Position numbers and translations under genes: made by a program | Notes under the pieces: model-generated | Database searches by the model: none | Told to the model about the DNA's origin: nothing | Seen by the model: the letters and a program-made list of their open reading frames with translations, nothing else | Assembly (NCBI RefSeq): GCF_018350175.1 | Contig: NC_058368.1 | Location: forward strand, 236,222,001 to 236,286,000 | Direction: 5' to 3' | Length of the DNA: 64,000 bases | Source: Felis catus | Lineage: Eukaryota | Part shown: positions 52,106-63,585 of the stretch, piece by piece | Layout: every line of letters starts with the position of its first letter | Position numbering within the stretch: the stretch's first letter is position 1

Positions 52106-52217
52106 TTTTCTTCTCTTTCTTCTTTCTTTCTTTCTTTCTCTCCCTCCCTCACTTTTCCTTCCTTCCTTCCTTCCCCTGTACATTTCTTTCTTTCTTCTTT
52201 TTTCTTTCTTTTCTTTC

Positions 52218-52248
<31 letters not shown>

Positions 52249-52324
52249 CTTCCTTCCTTCCTTCCTTCCTTCTTTTTTCTCTTTCTTTCTTTCTTTCTTT
52301 CTTCCTTCTTTTTCTTTCTTTCTC

Positions 52325-52378
<54 letters not shown>

Positions 52379-52485
52379 CTCCCTCCCTCACTTTTCCTTC
52401 CTTCCTTCCTTCCTTCCTTCCTTCCTTCCTTCCCTCCTTCCTTCCTTCCTTCCCCTCTACCTTTCTTCCTTCCTTCCTTCTTTTT

Positions 52486-52529
<44 letters not shown>

Positions 52530-52588
52530 TTCTTCTTCCTTCCTTCTTCTTCTTCTTCTTCTTCTTCTTCTTCTTCTTCTTCTTCTTT

Positions 52589-52631
<43 letters not shown>

Positions 52632-52668
52632 CTCCCTCCCTCACTTTTCCTTCCTTCCTTCCTTCTTT

Positions 52669-52707
<39 letters not shown>

Positions 52708-52744
52708 CTCCCTCCCTCACTTTTCCTTCCTTCCTTCCTTCTTT

Positions 52745-52783
<39 letters not shown>

Positions 52784-52820
52784 CTCCCTCCCTCACTTTT
52801 CCTTCCTTCCTTCCTTCTTT

Positions 52821-52865
<45 letters not shown>

Positions 52866-52868
52866 TTT
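52074..52868. repeat. 795-bp compound polypyrimidine repeat (TTTC)n/(TTCC)n/(CTT)n
   Basis: Only 9 purines on the + strand by my count; recurring TCTCCCTCCCTCACTTTTCC landmark. Confidence 0.97.
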
Positions 52869-53151
52869 ATTATTGCTTTTGTTCAGCTAGGGTTTACTGC
52901 TTACACAGTTCCCATAAATTAGAAGTATGCTTACAAACCAATCTTTCTGTGCAGTGTAGAAAAACCCTCAGAACAGGAAAAATCTCTGTTGATGAACTTC
53001 CAGGTAGTGAACTAGGAACGACATCAGGTACTTACATTGAGTTCTTGGAAATGTAATCGCACACGGAAGTCAATATAGGAATCTGTAGGGATACAACCTT
53101 TAATTCTTTGACTTCAATGATCATGTTATATCACAAAATGATTACATACAT

Positions 53152-53871
53152 TGTAACAGAGACTTCTAACTACCTGCCAATATCTATTTTCCCCTTTTTC
53201 CTTAGTAATTTTACTCTCTGATTTTTTTTAATTTTTTTTTCAACGTTTATTTATTTTTGGGACAGAGAGAGACAGAGCATGAACAGGGGAGGGGCAGAGA
53301 GAGAGAGGGAGACACAGAATCAGAAACAGGCTCCAGGCTCCGAGCCATCAGCCCAGAGCCTGATGCGGGGCTCGAACTCACGGACCGCGAGATCGTGACC
53401 TGGCTGAAGTCGGACGCTTAACCGACTGCGCCACCCAGGCGCCCCTGCTCTCTGATTTTTAGCTAAGCTCATGGCTCCCCATCACAAAGGCTACATTCCC
53501 CAGTACCCGTCACAAATAGATGTGACCACGTGACTAAACTCTGACCAATGGACTATACAGAAGTTACATAGGCAACCGTAATAGTGTCCTGAGAAGAAAA
53601 GTGTTTCCTTACTCCCCTCCCCTTCCCCTACTCTCCACCCTCTCTCTTCTTCCTGCTAGATGCAAAGAGAGTATAATGGTTGTAATTCAGCAGCCACCTT
53701 GGACCGTGAGAGGCCATCAAGATAAAGCCATAGAGGACCTCAGCATCCTTGAAGTAACAACCTACAGACTCCTTAAACAGGGTGGAGAAAGTCCCACTTT
53801 GTTTTAGTTACTTTAAATACATTTTCTTCTTTTTCCTGTTGCTTACACTTAAATCTAATCCTAACATGTAC
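53152..53871 (+). mobile_element. MaLR LTR (MLT1J-like) interrupted by a SINE
   Basis: TGTAACAGAGAC...CCAATATCTATTTTCCCC...GTGACCACGTGACTAAACTCTGACCAATG...CAGCAGCCACCTTGGACC...AATCCTAAC...TACA. Confidence 0.75.
53227..53445 (-). mobile_element. Young Can-SINE (SINEC_Fc)
   Basis: CpG-rich intact head; TSD CTCTCTGATTTTT at 53214-53226 and 53448-53460. Confidence 0.97.
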
Positions 53872-53931
53872 AGTGAACAGAGTAATAATATTATCTCCTT
53901 CCCATCAACCTTTTCAGGAAACTTATTGAGA

Positions 53932-54072
53932 CAGGTGCCTGGGTGGCTCAGTCGGGTAAGCCTCCGACTCTTGGTTTCATGATTGGATTCATGGCTCGGG
54001 TCATGATCTCAGGGTTTGTGAGTTTGAACCTTGCATTGGGCTCTGCCCTGACAACACAGAGTCTGCTTAAGA

Positions 54073-54107
<35 letters not shown>

Positions 54108-54172
54108 CCTCTACCTTTACCCCTCCCCCCTCTCTTTCTCTCTCAAAATAAATAAATAAACTTTTTTTTTAA
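53932..54172 (+). mobile_element. Older Can-SINE
   Basis: GGTGCCTGGGTGGCTCAGTCGGG head, CT tract, tail; TSD aggaaactta(t/a)tgaga at 53916-53931 and 54173-54188. Confidence 0.9.
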
Positions 54173-55284
54173 AGGAAACTTAATGAGAGAAAGACTATGA
54201 AAATCTTTAGGAAAATGCCTGGCACAGACTAGGACCTCTGGACATATCAGTTAAATAAAACTATTTATTCTGTGACTCATCATTCCGTCCACTCACCAGA
54301 TGTACTCTGGGTGTCGCCTATGAGGTGGTGTTGACTCTGCGATAAATAAACCAGACAGGTAACCCGTTCCTCCTTCGGGAGCAAATGCTGCTGGGAGAAA
54401 GATGATAAAAGCAAAGCAAAACAAATAAAATAATACACTCAAAACACGGTTATCATTGTTGGAAAGGAATAGGGACTAGAGATACTTTAGTCTGTAATTT
54501 CTTTCTATGTATCTAGTAATTCAATATCTTGCAACCATGAAATTCAAAGCTCCATCATGGACCAATGTGTCCACGTCCTTGACTTTAGACACATGGAGAG
54601 GCAGGCGGCTTGCTGAAGTTACAGAAATGATAAGGCATGGGGGTTCCCATCACGTGATCCTTAGTACTTCTTCTGTACTCTGTTGCCTCAAGACACAGAG
54701 AGAATGAAATTCAGAATCCTTTCATTTACAGAGAATTTGGTTTCAATAATACCTGTGAGTCCTGGAACCTGCTTCCAGCCACGCTGTCCTCACCACCGAG
54801 GAGGGAGAGTTTTCAGTACGATTTCCCCCATTATCCCCAGGTAGGGCTTCAACAGAACAATCACGTTCTCAAAACTTAAGGTTACTGAAGGTTCTCCCAG
54901 TGTTATCCTGATGAAGAGTCTCCTGAGGTCTCTGTCTCTCCTACAGGGAAAGAGAACTCGAGCTGAACAGAACAGCAGCGACTTACCCAGAAACTGACCA
55001 GCCATAGCTAGTGGGATCCAGCCCTGCGGGGTAGATGGGATCACTTAAGGATCCCAAATGTGTCCTGTGTATACAGAATGGAACACACGCATTGCGTTGG
55101 CTCCGTGTGTTTCTACCAGGTTCACACGTTCATGTAACAGCCCTCCAGTTGAAGATCTGGAATGAGGAGTCTTTGCTCCCTAGTCCCCCTGTCTGTCCAT
55201 GAAGAGTCCCCATCCCTCGGCCACCCTCCCCTCTGACTTCTGATCATGCAGACACGTTGTCCGTGGCGGAATGAGTGGACGCTA

Positions 55285-55850
55285 CAGTTTCCAAAGTTGT
55301 GCCAATTCGCACTTCCGAGGGCAGTAGTGAGAGTTCTACTTACCCCACGTGTTCAGAAACACTTGTTTATTTGCATTTTATTCTAGACATTGTGCTGGTC
55401 GTGCGGTGGGGTGTTCTTCTAACCCTAATACACATTTCCCTTATCTCTAATGAGACTGTACTTCAGCCGTGTGTCCAAGAGCCTTCAAGTAGGCTTCTTG
55501 TGAGCCAGAATTCTTTCAATCTCTTCTCCGTCTTGAATGGGGTCATCGGTCTTGGTCTTCGTGAAGGTAGGGAGTTGGATGTGAGGCCCCACCCAATATT
55601 GTGTTTCCACTCTGGGGCTTTCGGGTCTCTCCTCTTCACGGCATCCTTGGAGAGACAGAAGTGTGTTCCATGGTGCTTTGGTGTTCCCAGCTGCAAACTG
55701 AGGAGCTCAAAGTGTTCTTGCTTTTAACTCTCTAAACGTGACAGCAATTAATCTTACAATCCATGTAAGATATTTTGAGAGGCTTTTTAAGAAAAGTCCC
55801 CAAAATAAATGAAGATTTTCTTAACCCGAATCCTGCGTTTGGTCCTGCCA
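55285..55850 (-). mobile_element. Old L1M fragment
   Basis: TTTCCAAAGTTGT...CACTTCC...GAGAGTTC...CATTTCCCTTATCTCTAATGAG pattern of antisense L1 ORF2 3' region. Confidence 0.55.
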
Positions 55851-56899
55851 TTTTTTTTGGCCATTGTATCTCAATGGTCTCTGTCATCATATTTCTTCTG
55901 AGGCCTTCAAAGCGTTCCTCAGATGCCCTCTCTCTGCTGCTGGTGTTTAAATAAAGAAGGCCGTATGAGCTGTTTTCCTGTCCTAAAATAACGTAGAACA
56001 TTTTTAGTGTGTAAAGCATGGCAAAAGTTATTTTATGCAATAGCTACAGAAGTCAGAACTACCCGCATTCTCCTTACAATACATCTTGTTGTTTGTATTT
56101 TAAGTTATTTATTTACTTACATAAATCATAGCATCGGCATTATTTGTCTCTTGAGTAAGTTTTATCATAAACTCTTAAAAGTTAGATGTATGGCAAGGGC
56201 AATTTAATGTTTGTTTGGATTTTTGCAGACTCTCAGCAGGTTCGAGAATCTGGAAATATTTTTTAGAACTTTTCTGCGGGTAAAAAAAGAAAGCGACTTT
56301 TATAGGTCTGCAAAATAGGATTCCTGCCTACTAGGAGACCTTCTTAAAACCCTCCTGCAGCTTCCATAAAACACTTTGGTTAGCTGCTCTTTGCATTTTG
56401 AATACATTCAATCTTTGGGGAGGTCATTTATTTGTATAAAATATATTTTTACTTTAAATGGTGTTTTATACATTGTGTTTTAGGCCATTTTACAAGATGT
56501 TCTTATGTAGCTCTTTAATTTCACATATTGTTCAGACTTATCGGGGCTTTGCATGCGAATAATTTCCAGTTTTTTGGAATCTCTGTCAACAGTTCTAATT
56601 CAGATAATATAAACAAAGCATTACCACTGGTATTCTCTGAGCAACAGCATCGTACGGGTTCCAGGCTAATGCAGATCTGTTGCTGTATGTAATTCTCCAG
56701 GTTTGTTTTCTCCACGACCAGTCCACGCTATTATTATTTTAAAGAAATTTTAAAAAACAGTGTCGTTTTTTTTATAGTTACTATATAAGAACATTTGTTG
56801 CTAATTGGGCCCTTACTAGAACTGCAAGTGTTCAACACTCACTGGATGCAAGAATTCCGCTAAGGGGCTGTTTGGATTGCATATTTAAAATGTAGTCAA

Positions 56900-57120
56900 G
56901 GGCCACCTCTGTGGCTCAGTTCCTAAAGCTCCTGATTCTTCATTTTGGCTCAGGTCATGATCTCCCGGGTCGTGGGATGGAGCCCTACGTCGGGCTCTGC
57001 ACTGACAGTGAGGAGCCTGCTTGGAATTCTCTCTCTCTGCCCCTCTCCTGCTCATGTGTGCTCTCTCTCTCGCGGTCTCAAAATAAATAAATAAACCTTG
57101 TAAAAAGTAAATACGAATAA
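56900..57120 (+). mobile_element. Older Can-SINE
   Basis: GTGGCTCAGT...GGCTCAGGTCATGATCTC...GGAGCCTGCTTGGAATTCTCTC...AAATAAATAAATAAAC. Confidence 0.9.
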
Positions 57121-57883
57121 GATGATGTCAAAATACAGCCATGACGGAGGGGACTCTGTGGGACTCCCACCAAACACTTCTTTCAACGGGTTAGAAGTAG
57201 TTGGTACTAAGTAGCTCTAGGGATATTAGGGAGTCAGGTGGCTGTGTGGGGACGGCATCGGGCAAGTCGGCCAGCAGGGAGAGGTGACCACCGGGCTCCA
57301 GGACAACCCACATCCCCCCCAACACATGCTCTCCTTATCTATCTGTCTTCCATCCCTGGAAGGGGGGCCCCTCCCTTGCACCCAAGTAATAAGTAAGCAC
57401 CCTCCAAAGTGAGGAAGAGGCTGGCTGAAGGCCATGCCCCCCTTGGAAAGCATGGGCAGGAAGGCACGTTGCCGAGAAGACCGTCCCCTGGCAAGCGTAC
57501 CGCTGGAGTGCCTCGATGGGCACCCGTGACTTCCCTGGGCCTGGCAGTCAGGGTCACTGACCGAGGACGGGAACCCAGGCCAGTCCATGCTGAAGGGCCA
57601 GGGTGGGAGTCGGACGATACAAACAGCCACTTCCTTTCTCTGTCCGTAACGGAGACACAGCAAACCGGGTGTGAAAAGTCAGCTTTGCTTCCCATTTCTG
57701 CCTGACGTTCCTGTGAGTCTCTGTGTTGGACCCTTTGCTGAAGTGGGAGCCTTTGAAACCAAAGGAGCCTTCATATCTCACTCCACACCCATCTACGCCG
57801 CTCAGTACTGACCCTTGGGCTTACAGCACACAAGCTTTGGGTTTGGGCCCAGGTGCTGGGGTGTAGAGGGTAGGTACAGAGAG

Positions 57884-57924
57884 ATTTTATTTTATTTTAT
57901 TTTATTTTATTTTATTTTATTTTA
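57884..57924. repeat. (ATTTT)n pentanucleotide repeat
   Basis: Directly visible. Confidence 0.9.
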
Positions 57925-57948
57925 TGTGTTTAATATAATATGTAAACA

Positions 57949-58338
57949 TACAAATCTCTAAGATACAGATTAAATGACATTGTGCCATTTGCAAAAACCA
58001 TGGATGGACCCAGGAGCACGTAATGCTGAGTGAAATTAGTCCGCAGAAGAAGAAAAATCCGGTAAAATTTCACTCACGGGTGGAATTGAAGAAACAAAAC
58101 AAACGGACAAAGAAAGATTAAAAGAAAAAAGGAGACAAACGCAAACTAGAAAGCCAGACTCTTAAATACAGAGAACGAGGTGGCGGTTGCCAGGCGGAGG
58201 GGACTAGCCAGTTGGCTTCTTGGGATGCGCTCTGATAGAAGCGCATAGATTGCGCAGAAATGCATAGAAGCCTTGAATCACTGCCTTGCATACCTGAAAC
58301 TAAGATAATGCAGTATGTTAATTACACTTGAACAAACA
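57949..58338 (+). mobile_element. 5'-truncated carnivore L1 3' end
   Basis: TGCCATTTGCAA...AATGCTGAGTGAAAT...AGACTCTTAAATACAGAGAAC...CCTGAAACTAA...TATGTTAATTACAC; candidate 12-bp TSD AATATGTAAACA at 57937-57948 and 58339-58350. Confidence 0.85.
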
Positions 58339-58439
58339 AATATGTAAACAGCTTACATACACATGCATATGCACATATATAAATTTTTAAATCCTTTCCC
58401 TATTGGCCCCCACTCGTTGTCCGGGGAGCAGGTTCTGAG

Positions 58440-59260
58440 TCTGCGGCCACACGGCGCAGGTCAGCTCTCGGACAGGACAGCGACGGAGTCCAGCTCTGTC
58501 CTCCTGCCGGCGCCTGCTCCCTTCTGCCAAGGCTCCTTCCTCTGCGCTGCGGGGAGAGAGACAACCTGCCCCCCGGGCGGGGAGGGGGCGGCGTCCCCCA
58601 GGGTCACCTAGGCCTGTGCACTCGCCGGCACCGCGCACATCCCCCGGGCCGGGCCCCCGAGGCCCCGCAATGCCGCTCCCTGCTCGGAGACTGTCGCGGG
58701 CCGCCAGGGGAAGGCTCTGGAAAGCGCACTCCTGCACCCTGATGCACCCGCGGGCCTCGCGGGGACGAGCCTCTGGGCCGAGCGTGCGGGCGCCGGCCCG
58801 TAGGGGGCGCGCGCGCTCCACGTCCCCGCCGCCGGCGCGCGTCTCCGCGACCGGGACCCCGCGCTGCTGGGCCCTTCCCGCCGCCGCGATGCCAGCCCCT
58901 GGGCGGACGGACGCGGCCCTGCAGGCAGAGGAGCCCATCGGCCGCGCGGCGGGCGGCGTGGGCCGCGGTCCTGGACTCCGAGCCGCGGAGGCTGGGGCAG
59001 GGCGAGGGGACGTCCCCACCCGGACGCGGGTGCGCACGCTGGCCGCCGACAGCCGGAGACGACAGAGCCTCCTGGAAGTGCCTTCGCGGTTCAGTGGACA
59101 AAAGGACAAGCGGCTGACCCGAACGAGGTCGGAGGGGGACAGTCGGGGGCTTCTGGGTCCCTCTGTGGAATGGGGAAGCCAGGCCCCAGCGCGGGCGGCA
59201 GGTGCCACCGGAGGTCACGCCGCGCCCCGGAAAGGAGGTGCCGAGAAGTAGTTACTCGGA
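58440..59260. promoter_or_regulatory. CpG island with GC boxes and a CTCF-like motif
   Basis: About 800 bp of very GC- and CpG-rich sequence; GGGCGG boxes near 58575-58590; CGGCCCGTAGGGGGCGC at 58794-58810. Confidence 0.85.
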
Positions 59261-59668
59261 CTTTGGGAGTCTGCAGGTCCGTCAATAATCCACTGATGGA
59301 ACCGCACATACCTGCTCTCAGCAGAAGGGGCGGGCTGACATACAGGCCCCCCCCCACCCCCCACTTCCTGGTGGTGGTTCCAGACCAGCGGAGCATCTCC
59401 GCTCAGATTTTTGTTTCCCGGGGCTATGGAAATAGAGACTTGAAAGTTCCCTCAGTGAGTGTATATAATTGAAAGCTGCCTGGCGACATGCTTGAAAAGT
59501 AGTGTTTTCAAAACTCGGTGCCGGGCCCTGCCCCTTCCCCGTGACTTTGGGGAATATTTGTGAGGTTTCTCCGGATCTTCTGTGTGCCTCACACACAGAA
59601 GCAAACTTTACCCATCCTTCAATGGGGCAGAAGCCGCTTTGGTTCTCAGAACATGCCTCCTTGTTCAG

Positions 59669-59905
59669 TTTTTTTTGTTTAATTTTATCTTATTATTGTT
59701 TTTTAAAATGTATTTACCTTTTAGAGAGAGACAGAGAGAGCGAGTCAGGGAGGGGCAGAGAGAGAGGGAGGGAGAGAATCCCAAGCAGACTCCGCACTGT
59801 CAGCACAGAGCCCGATGGGGGGCTCGAACCCGCAAACCGTGAGACCATGACCTGAGCCGAAACCAAGAGTCAGACACTCAACCAACTGAGCCACCCAGGC
59901 GCCCC
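59669..59905 (-). mobile_element. Can-SINE
   Basis: GAGAGAATCCCAAGCAGACTCC...CATGACCTGAGCCGAAACCAAGAGTC...CTGAGCCACCCAGGCGCCCC. Confidence 0.95.
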
Positions 59906-61553
59906 TCCTGTTTCAGGTTTTAGACAGAGACAATGGTAGTGGCTGGGAGCAGTGAGTGCGGAGTGTGGGGGAGGGTGCAGATGTCAGGGACCGACCTAGA
60001 TCACACGGAACCCAGGTGAGAACCCACCACTGACCTTCGTGCCAAAGCACCTTCCTGCCCCATAGGAGAGGTGAGGATAGCCTTCCATAGGCTGATTGGG
60101 ATAGAGCTGTTGAATGAGTCCCAAGAACACCTTTGCTGTGTCCACATGTGTGACCCTGTGTCCCTGAGTTCTGTCCCTCCTCGGCTCTCATCCCACCACC
60201 CTGCCGTGTTCGGACCTCAGGCGATCTACAGTGAGACTCTGTTCCAGAGAGTCCATTGTCAGCCTGGATCCTTGCAGGCCAGCCGGGAATCCGGAGTGCC
60301 ATCCCAAGACCGTGTCCCTGCCTCCCGAAGAGAAAGAGAAGCCTCTAAAGACAAGTGACCCACCAAGATGGTGGAAGGAGAGCGTCTGGGCCGTGAAATG
60401 GACGTACACCTGCAGTGAGCCCACTCTTCAGTCCGAAATCACAAGTCAGAAGGGATTATGGTCAGAAAAGAGCAAACAGATAGTAGGGAATTTGTGGGAC
60501 ACAAGTGAGTCTTGAGCAAAGACATTCACGCTTCTGTCCGATTCCCAGAGTAACCGCATTGTTGAGAAAAAAGAACGTTCAAGAAGCGCCCCTCCCCGCC
60601 CCCGGGCGGAAGGATGGGGAGGGGGGTGCCTGCTAGTGAGAGAATGGGTGCAAATCACTGTGACCAGCATCCAAGACAGAGGGACTGGGGAACGGGGCCA
60701 GGGGAACTGTGTAAAGAACCGGGGATTGTTATTCTCACAGATTTTTTTACACGTATTATTGATGGCAGACCCATAAAACCTATAATTGATCTTGTAACTT
60801 GGTTTATAAGGGAAAGATAATAAGAACACCTTTACCTATTTTTTTTTTCATACCAGTTCTGTCCTACACGCCTTTGAGTGCATGCTAAAAAGGAGCAAAG
60901 GCAACAAGGATTGGAAAATTGTCTGTTTAGGTCATCTGGCTACATTCTGACCTCTGTGTTACGATAGCAGGTGTCAGCAACTCCTCACACAGACAGCCGG
61001 GCTCAGTCAAGGGAAATATGACCAGCGCCGTGCCCTGTGTGTGTAAGACTTCGTGGCTAAACCCTGGATTCTCTGCGCAGTGGCTGAGCTCCGTCATAGA
61101 AAGTGACCCCTTTACTGTGTCTAATCGACACATTGACACTTGAACGAAATGCCTGCGCCTGGAAAAGTTTCTTTATACTTTTCATAATCTACAGAATCAT
61201 TGATTCTGAGGAGACTCTCTACATCATACTGACATTCTTTTCTCCACCTAATGGTTTGTTTTATGATCTGGAAGGTGTCTCAATTGAGCACCATGACATT
61301 AACCCTCTGCGGCCACTGAGGCCATCCGCGGAGTTCTGTGCCTTGCTCAGCCCAAGGGGTTTCCAGAAGGCCCGGATGGGGGCAGAGGGGCCGGGTGCAG
61401 AGCCTGGCAATCCTGTCCGGGGTGGAAAGCTGAGGCAAAGCTTACTTTGGGGAGGGACAGAGTTACTTGGCTGCCTGTCTCTCTGACATTTCAGTAACTT
61501 CAGCCACTTTTCAAGCTGGGATTTAAATGTGTTTCTGTTGAACCCCTATGTCA

Positions 61554-61760
61554 GGGGCGCCTGGGTGGCGCAGTCGGTTAAGCGTCCGACTTCAGCCAGG
61601 TCACGATCTCGTGGTCCGTGAGTTCGAGCCCCGCGTCGGGCTCTGGGCTGATGGCTCAGAGCCTGGAGCCTGTTTCCGATTCTGTGTCTCCCTCTCTCTC
61701 TGCCCCTCCCCCGTTCGTGCTCTGTCTCTCTCTGTCCCAAAAAAAAAAAAAAATGTTGAA
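61554..61760 (+). mobile_element. Young Can-SINE (SINEC_Fc)
   Basis: CpG-intact head and body; perfect direct repeat GAACCCCTATGTCAGGG at 61540-61556 and 61761-61777. Confidence 0.97.
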
Positions 61761-62120
61761 GAACCCCTATGTCAGGGTGACTCACATGACATTGTTGAGC
61801 AAGTGCTGCAATTGGCTGTTTTGAAGGCAACTTTACATACTTTACGTCTAGACAAATGTTGGAGCTCATGTCTATTCCTGGAAAACTTTTTATGCCTTAG
61901 AAAATCTAAAAATCCAAGTGTTCCAGTAATATTTCAAAATGAGTGTGTGGGCCCTGTAAGGTGATATAACTGTGTACTTGTTTTCCAAAATATCTTTCAA
62001 GTATGAATTATTTTAAGCTTCTGTTTGGTATGCTGGCCAGTCTTTAAAGAAGAATGCTGGTTGAGTCCACAAGAAGAGTGTATTTTGGTAAAACATTAAT
62101 AAAAACATAATCTAATTTTT

Positions 62121-62330
62121 GGGACACCTGGGTGGCTCAGTCGGTTAAGCGGTTAAGCATCTGACTTTGGCCCAGGTCATGATCTCACAGTACGTGAGTT
62201 TGAGCCCCACGTCGGGCTCTGTGCTGACAGCTCAGAGCCTGGAGCCTGCTTCGGATCCTGTGTCTCCCTCTCTCTGCCCCTCCCCTGTTCATGCTCTGTC
62301 TCTCTCAAAAATAAATAAACGTTAAAAAAA
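62121..62330 (+). mobile_element. Can-SINE
   Basis: Canonical head with duplicated CGGTTAAG; CT tract, A tail; degenerate TSD taatttttg. Confidence 0.95.
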
Positions 62331-63159
62331 TATCATGTAATTTTTGATGGGACTTCACAAACTGCCAGACATCAGCCATGACACAGGCAATAAGATATCG
62401 CCCACTTGTATCACCAGTCATGACATTATCCACTGGGCAAATTGTTTGAACATTTTTAATTTCCTACGGATTCTTCAAATGCACGTATTACTCTGCTCCT
62501 TAAAAAGTAGTTAGTAAAAGTTTGCAAATATTTTGCCACCACTTTGCAAATGTTGCTCAGAAGATTTGCATAAGTAGTTTGTAAATGTTTTGAAACGTAT
62601 ATAAGAAAAGAAGGAAACGTAAGGATAAAGCAGAGGGCAAACAGGAGAGACACAGTCCGTAGACCTGGAAGAGAGGAGGGGGGCGAGGAATGGAAGCGGC
62701 TTCAGGAACGGAGCGCAGTAGGAGACGGAGAGAGGGAGAGAAAGCAATACGCACAGGTCAACATTCTCCTTCAGGCTGGTGTTAAATCGAACGTCAAGGA
62801 TACTGAGTGGATTGTTATTGTATTTGTGATGAGGAAGGAGGTAGGCATTGCACCACTTGGAGTAGAAACGAACAAGCAGAGCACCTATGGCAGATGTATG
62901 TGCTCGATGGAACTGGAAGGAGTTTACGTGTCACGGGGGGCTGTTCTGGCTGTAACACTAGCATGGACGATGTCGGGGCTTGTGAGTGCCTCTGAAGCCC
63001 TCCGGCCAAGGTCTGGATGGATGGGACCCAGGCAACTCAACAAGCACTGGGCTGGAAGAGCGGAGCTCTCGATCTGTGCCTTCTCAGGTTCCGTTTCTTT
63101 CCACGGTGTCTGGACTGTTACCGTGTCCTCACTGAACATCTGCCTGGGCCCTGCATTGG

Positions 63160-63585
63160 CTTGTGGGGCTGCCGTAAAAAACGCCCTAGACTGGGTGGCT
63201 TTAAACAATGGAAATTGATCATCTCGCGGCCTGGCCTCCAGAAGTACGACGTCCAAGTGTTAGCAGTGCTGCGCCATCGCTGAAGGCTCTGGGGAGAACC
63301 TGCTCCATGTTCTAGCTTCTCAGGTCGCCGTCATTCTTTGACTTGTAGACACATCACCCCGGTGTCGGCTTGATCTTTACATGGCCTTTTACATCTCCGC
63401 CTGTGTCTCTCTTCTTACAAGCACCCCAGTCACAGGGGAGTAGGGCCCATCTGAATGACATCATCTTAACTTGATTACACCTGCGAAGATCCTATTTCCG
63501 AAGAAGGTCACATCCACAGGTGCCAGGGATTAGAAAGTCAACATATCTTTTGAGGGGGGGGGGATGCAATTCAACCCCAGAAACA
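63160..63585 (-). mobile_element. MaLR solo LTR (MLT1C-like)
   Basis: GGGCTGCCGTAA...GGGTGGCTTTAAACAA...TGAAGGCTCTGGGGAGAA...TCATCTTAACTTGATTACA...CCTATTTCC.AAGAAGGTCACA...AATTCAACCC. Confidence 0.9.

Noticed and set aside
52630..52810. 76-bp periodic repeat superficially like a CRISPR array
   Set aside because: The spacers are (TTTC)n microsatellite rather than unique sequence, the context is mammalian, and there are no cas genes
51925..53056. Longest ORFs in the track (321, 329 and 193 aa; F/L/S-rich or K/E/R-rich)
   Set aside because: They are translations of the pyrimidine microsatellite, which cannot contain stop codons
58387..59251. Overlapping 204-273 aa ORFs on both strands
   Set aside because: Expected from stop-codon scarcity in a CpG island; no recognisable domain, so not called as CDS
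1038..62330. tRNA-like A/B-box sequences and recurring MAQSVK...-type ORFs
   Set aside because: These are the tRNA-derived heads of Can-SINEs, not tRNA genes or proteins
2529..63585. Repeat orientation bias as evidence for a host gene strand
   Set aside because: Carnivore L1 3' ends (5 of 5) and SINEs (12 of 16) are mostly plus while LTRs are mostly minus; the signals conflict and counts are small
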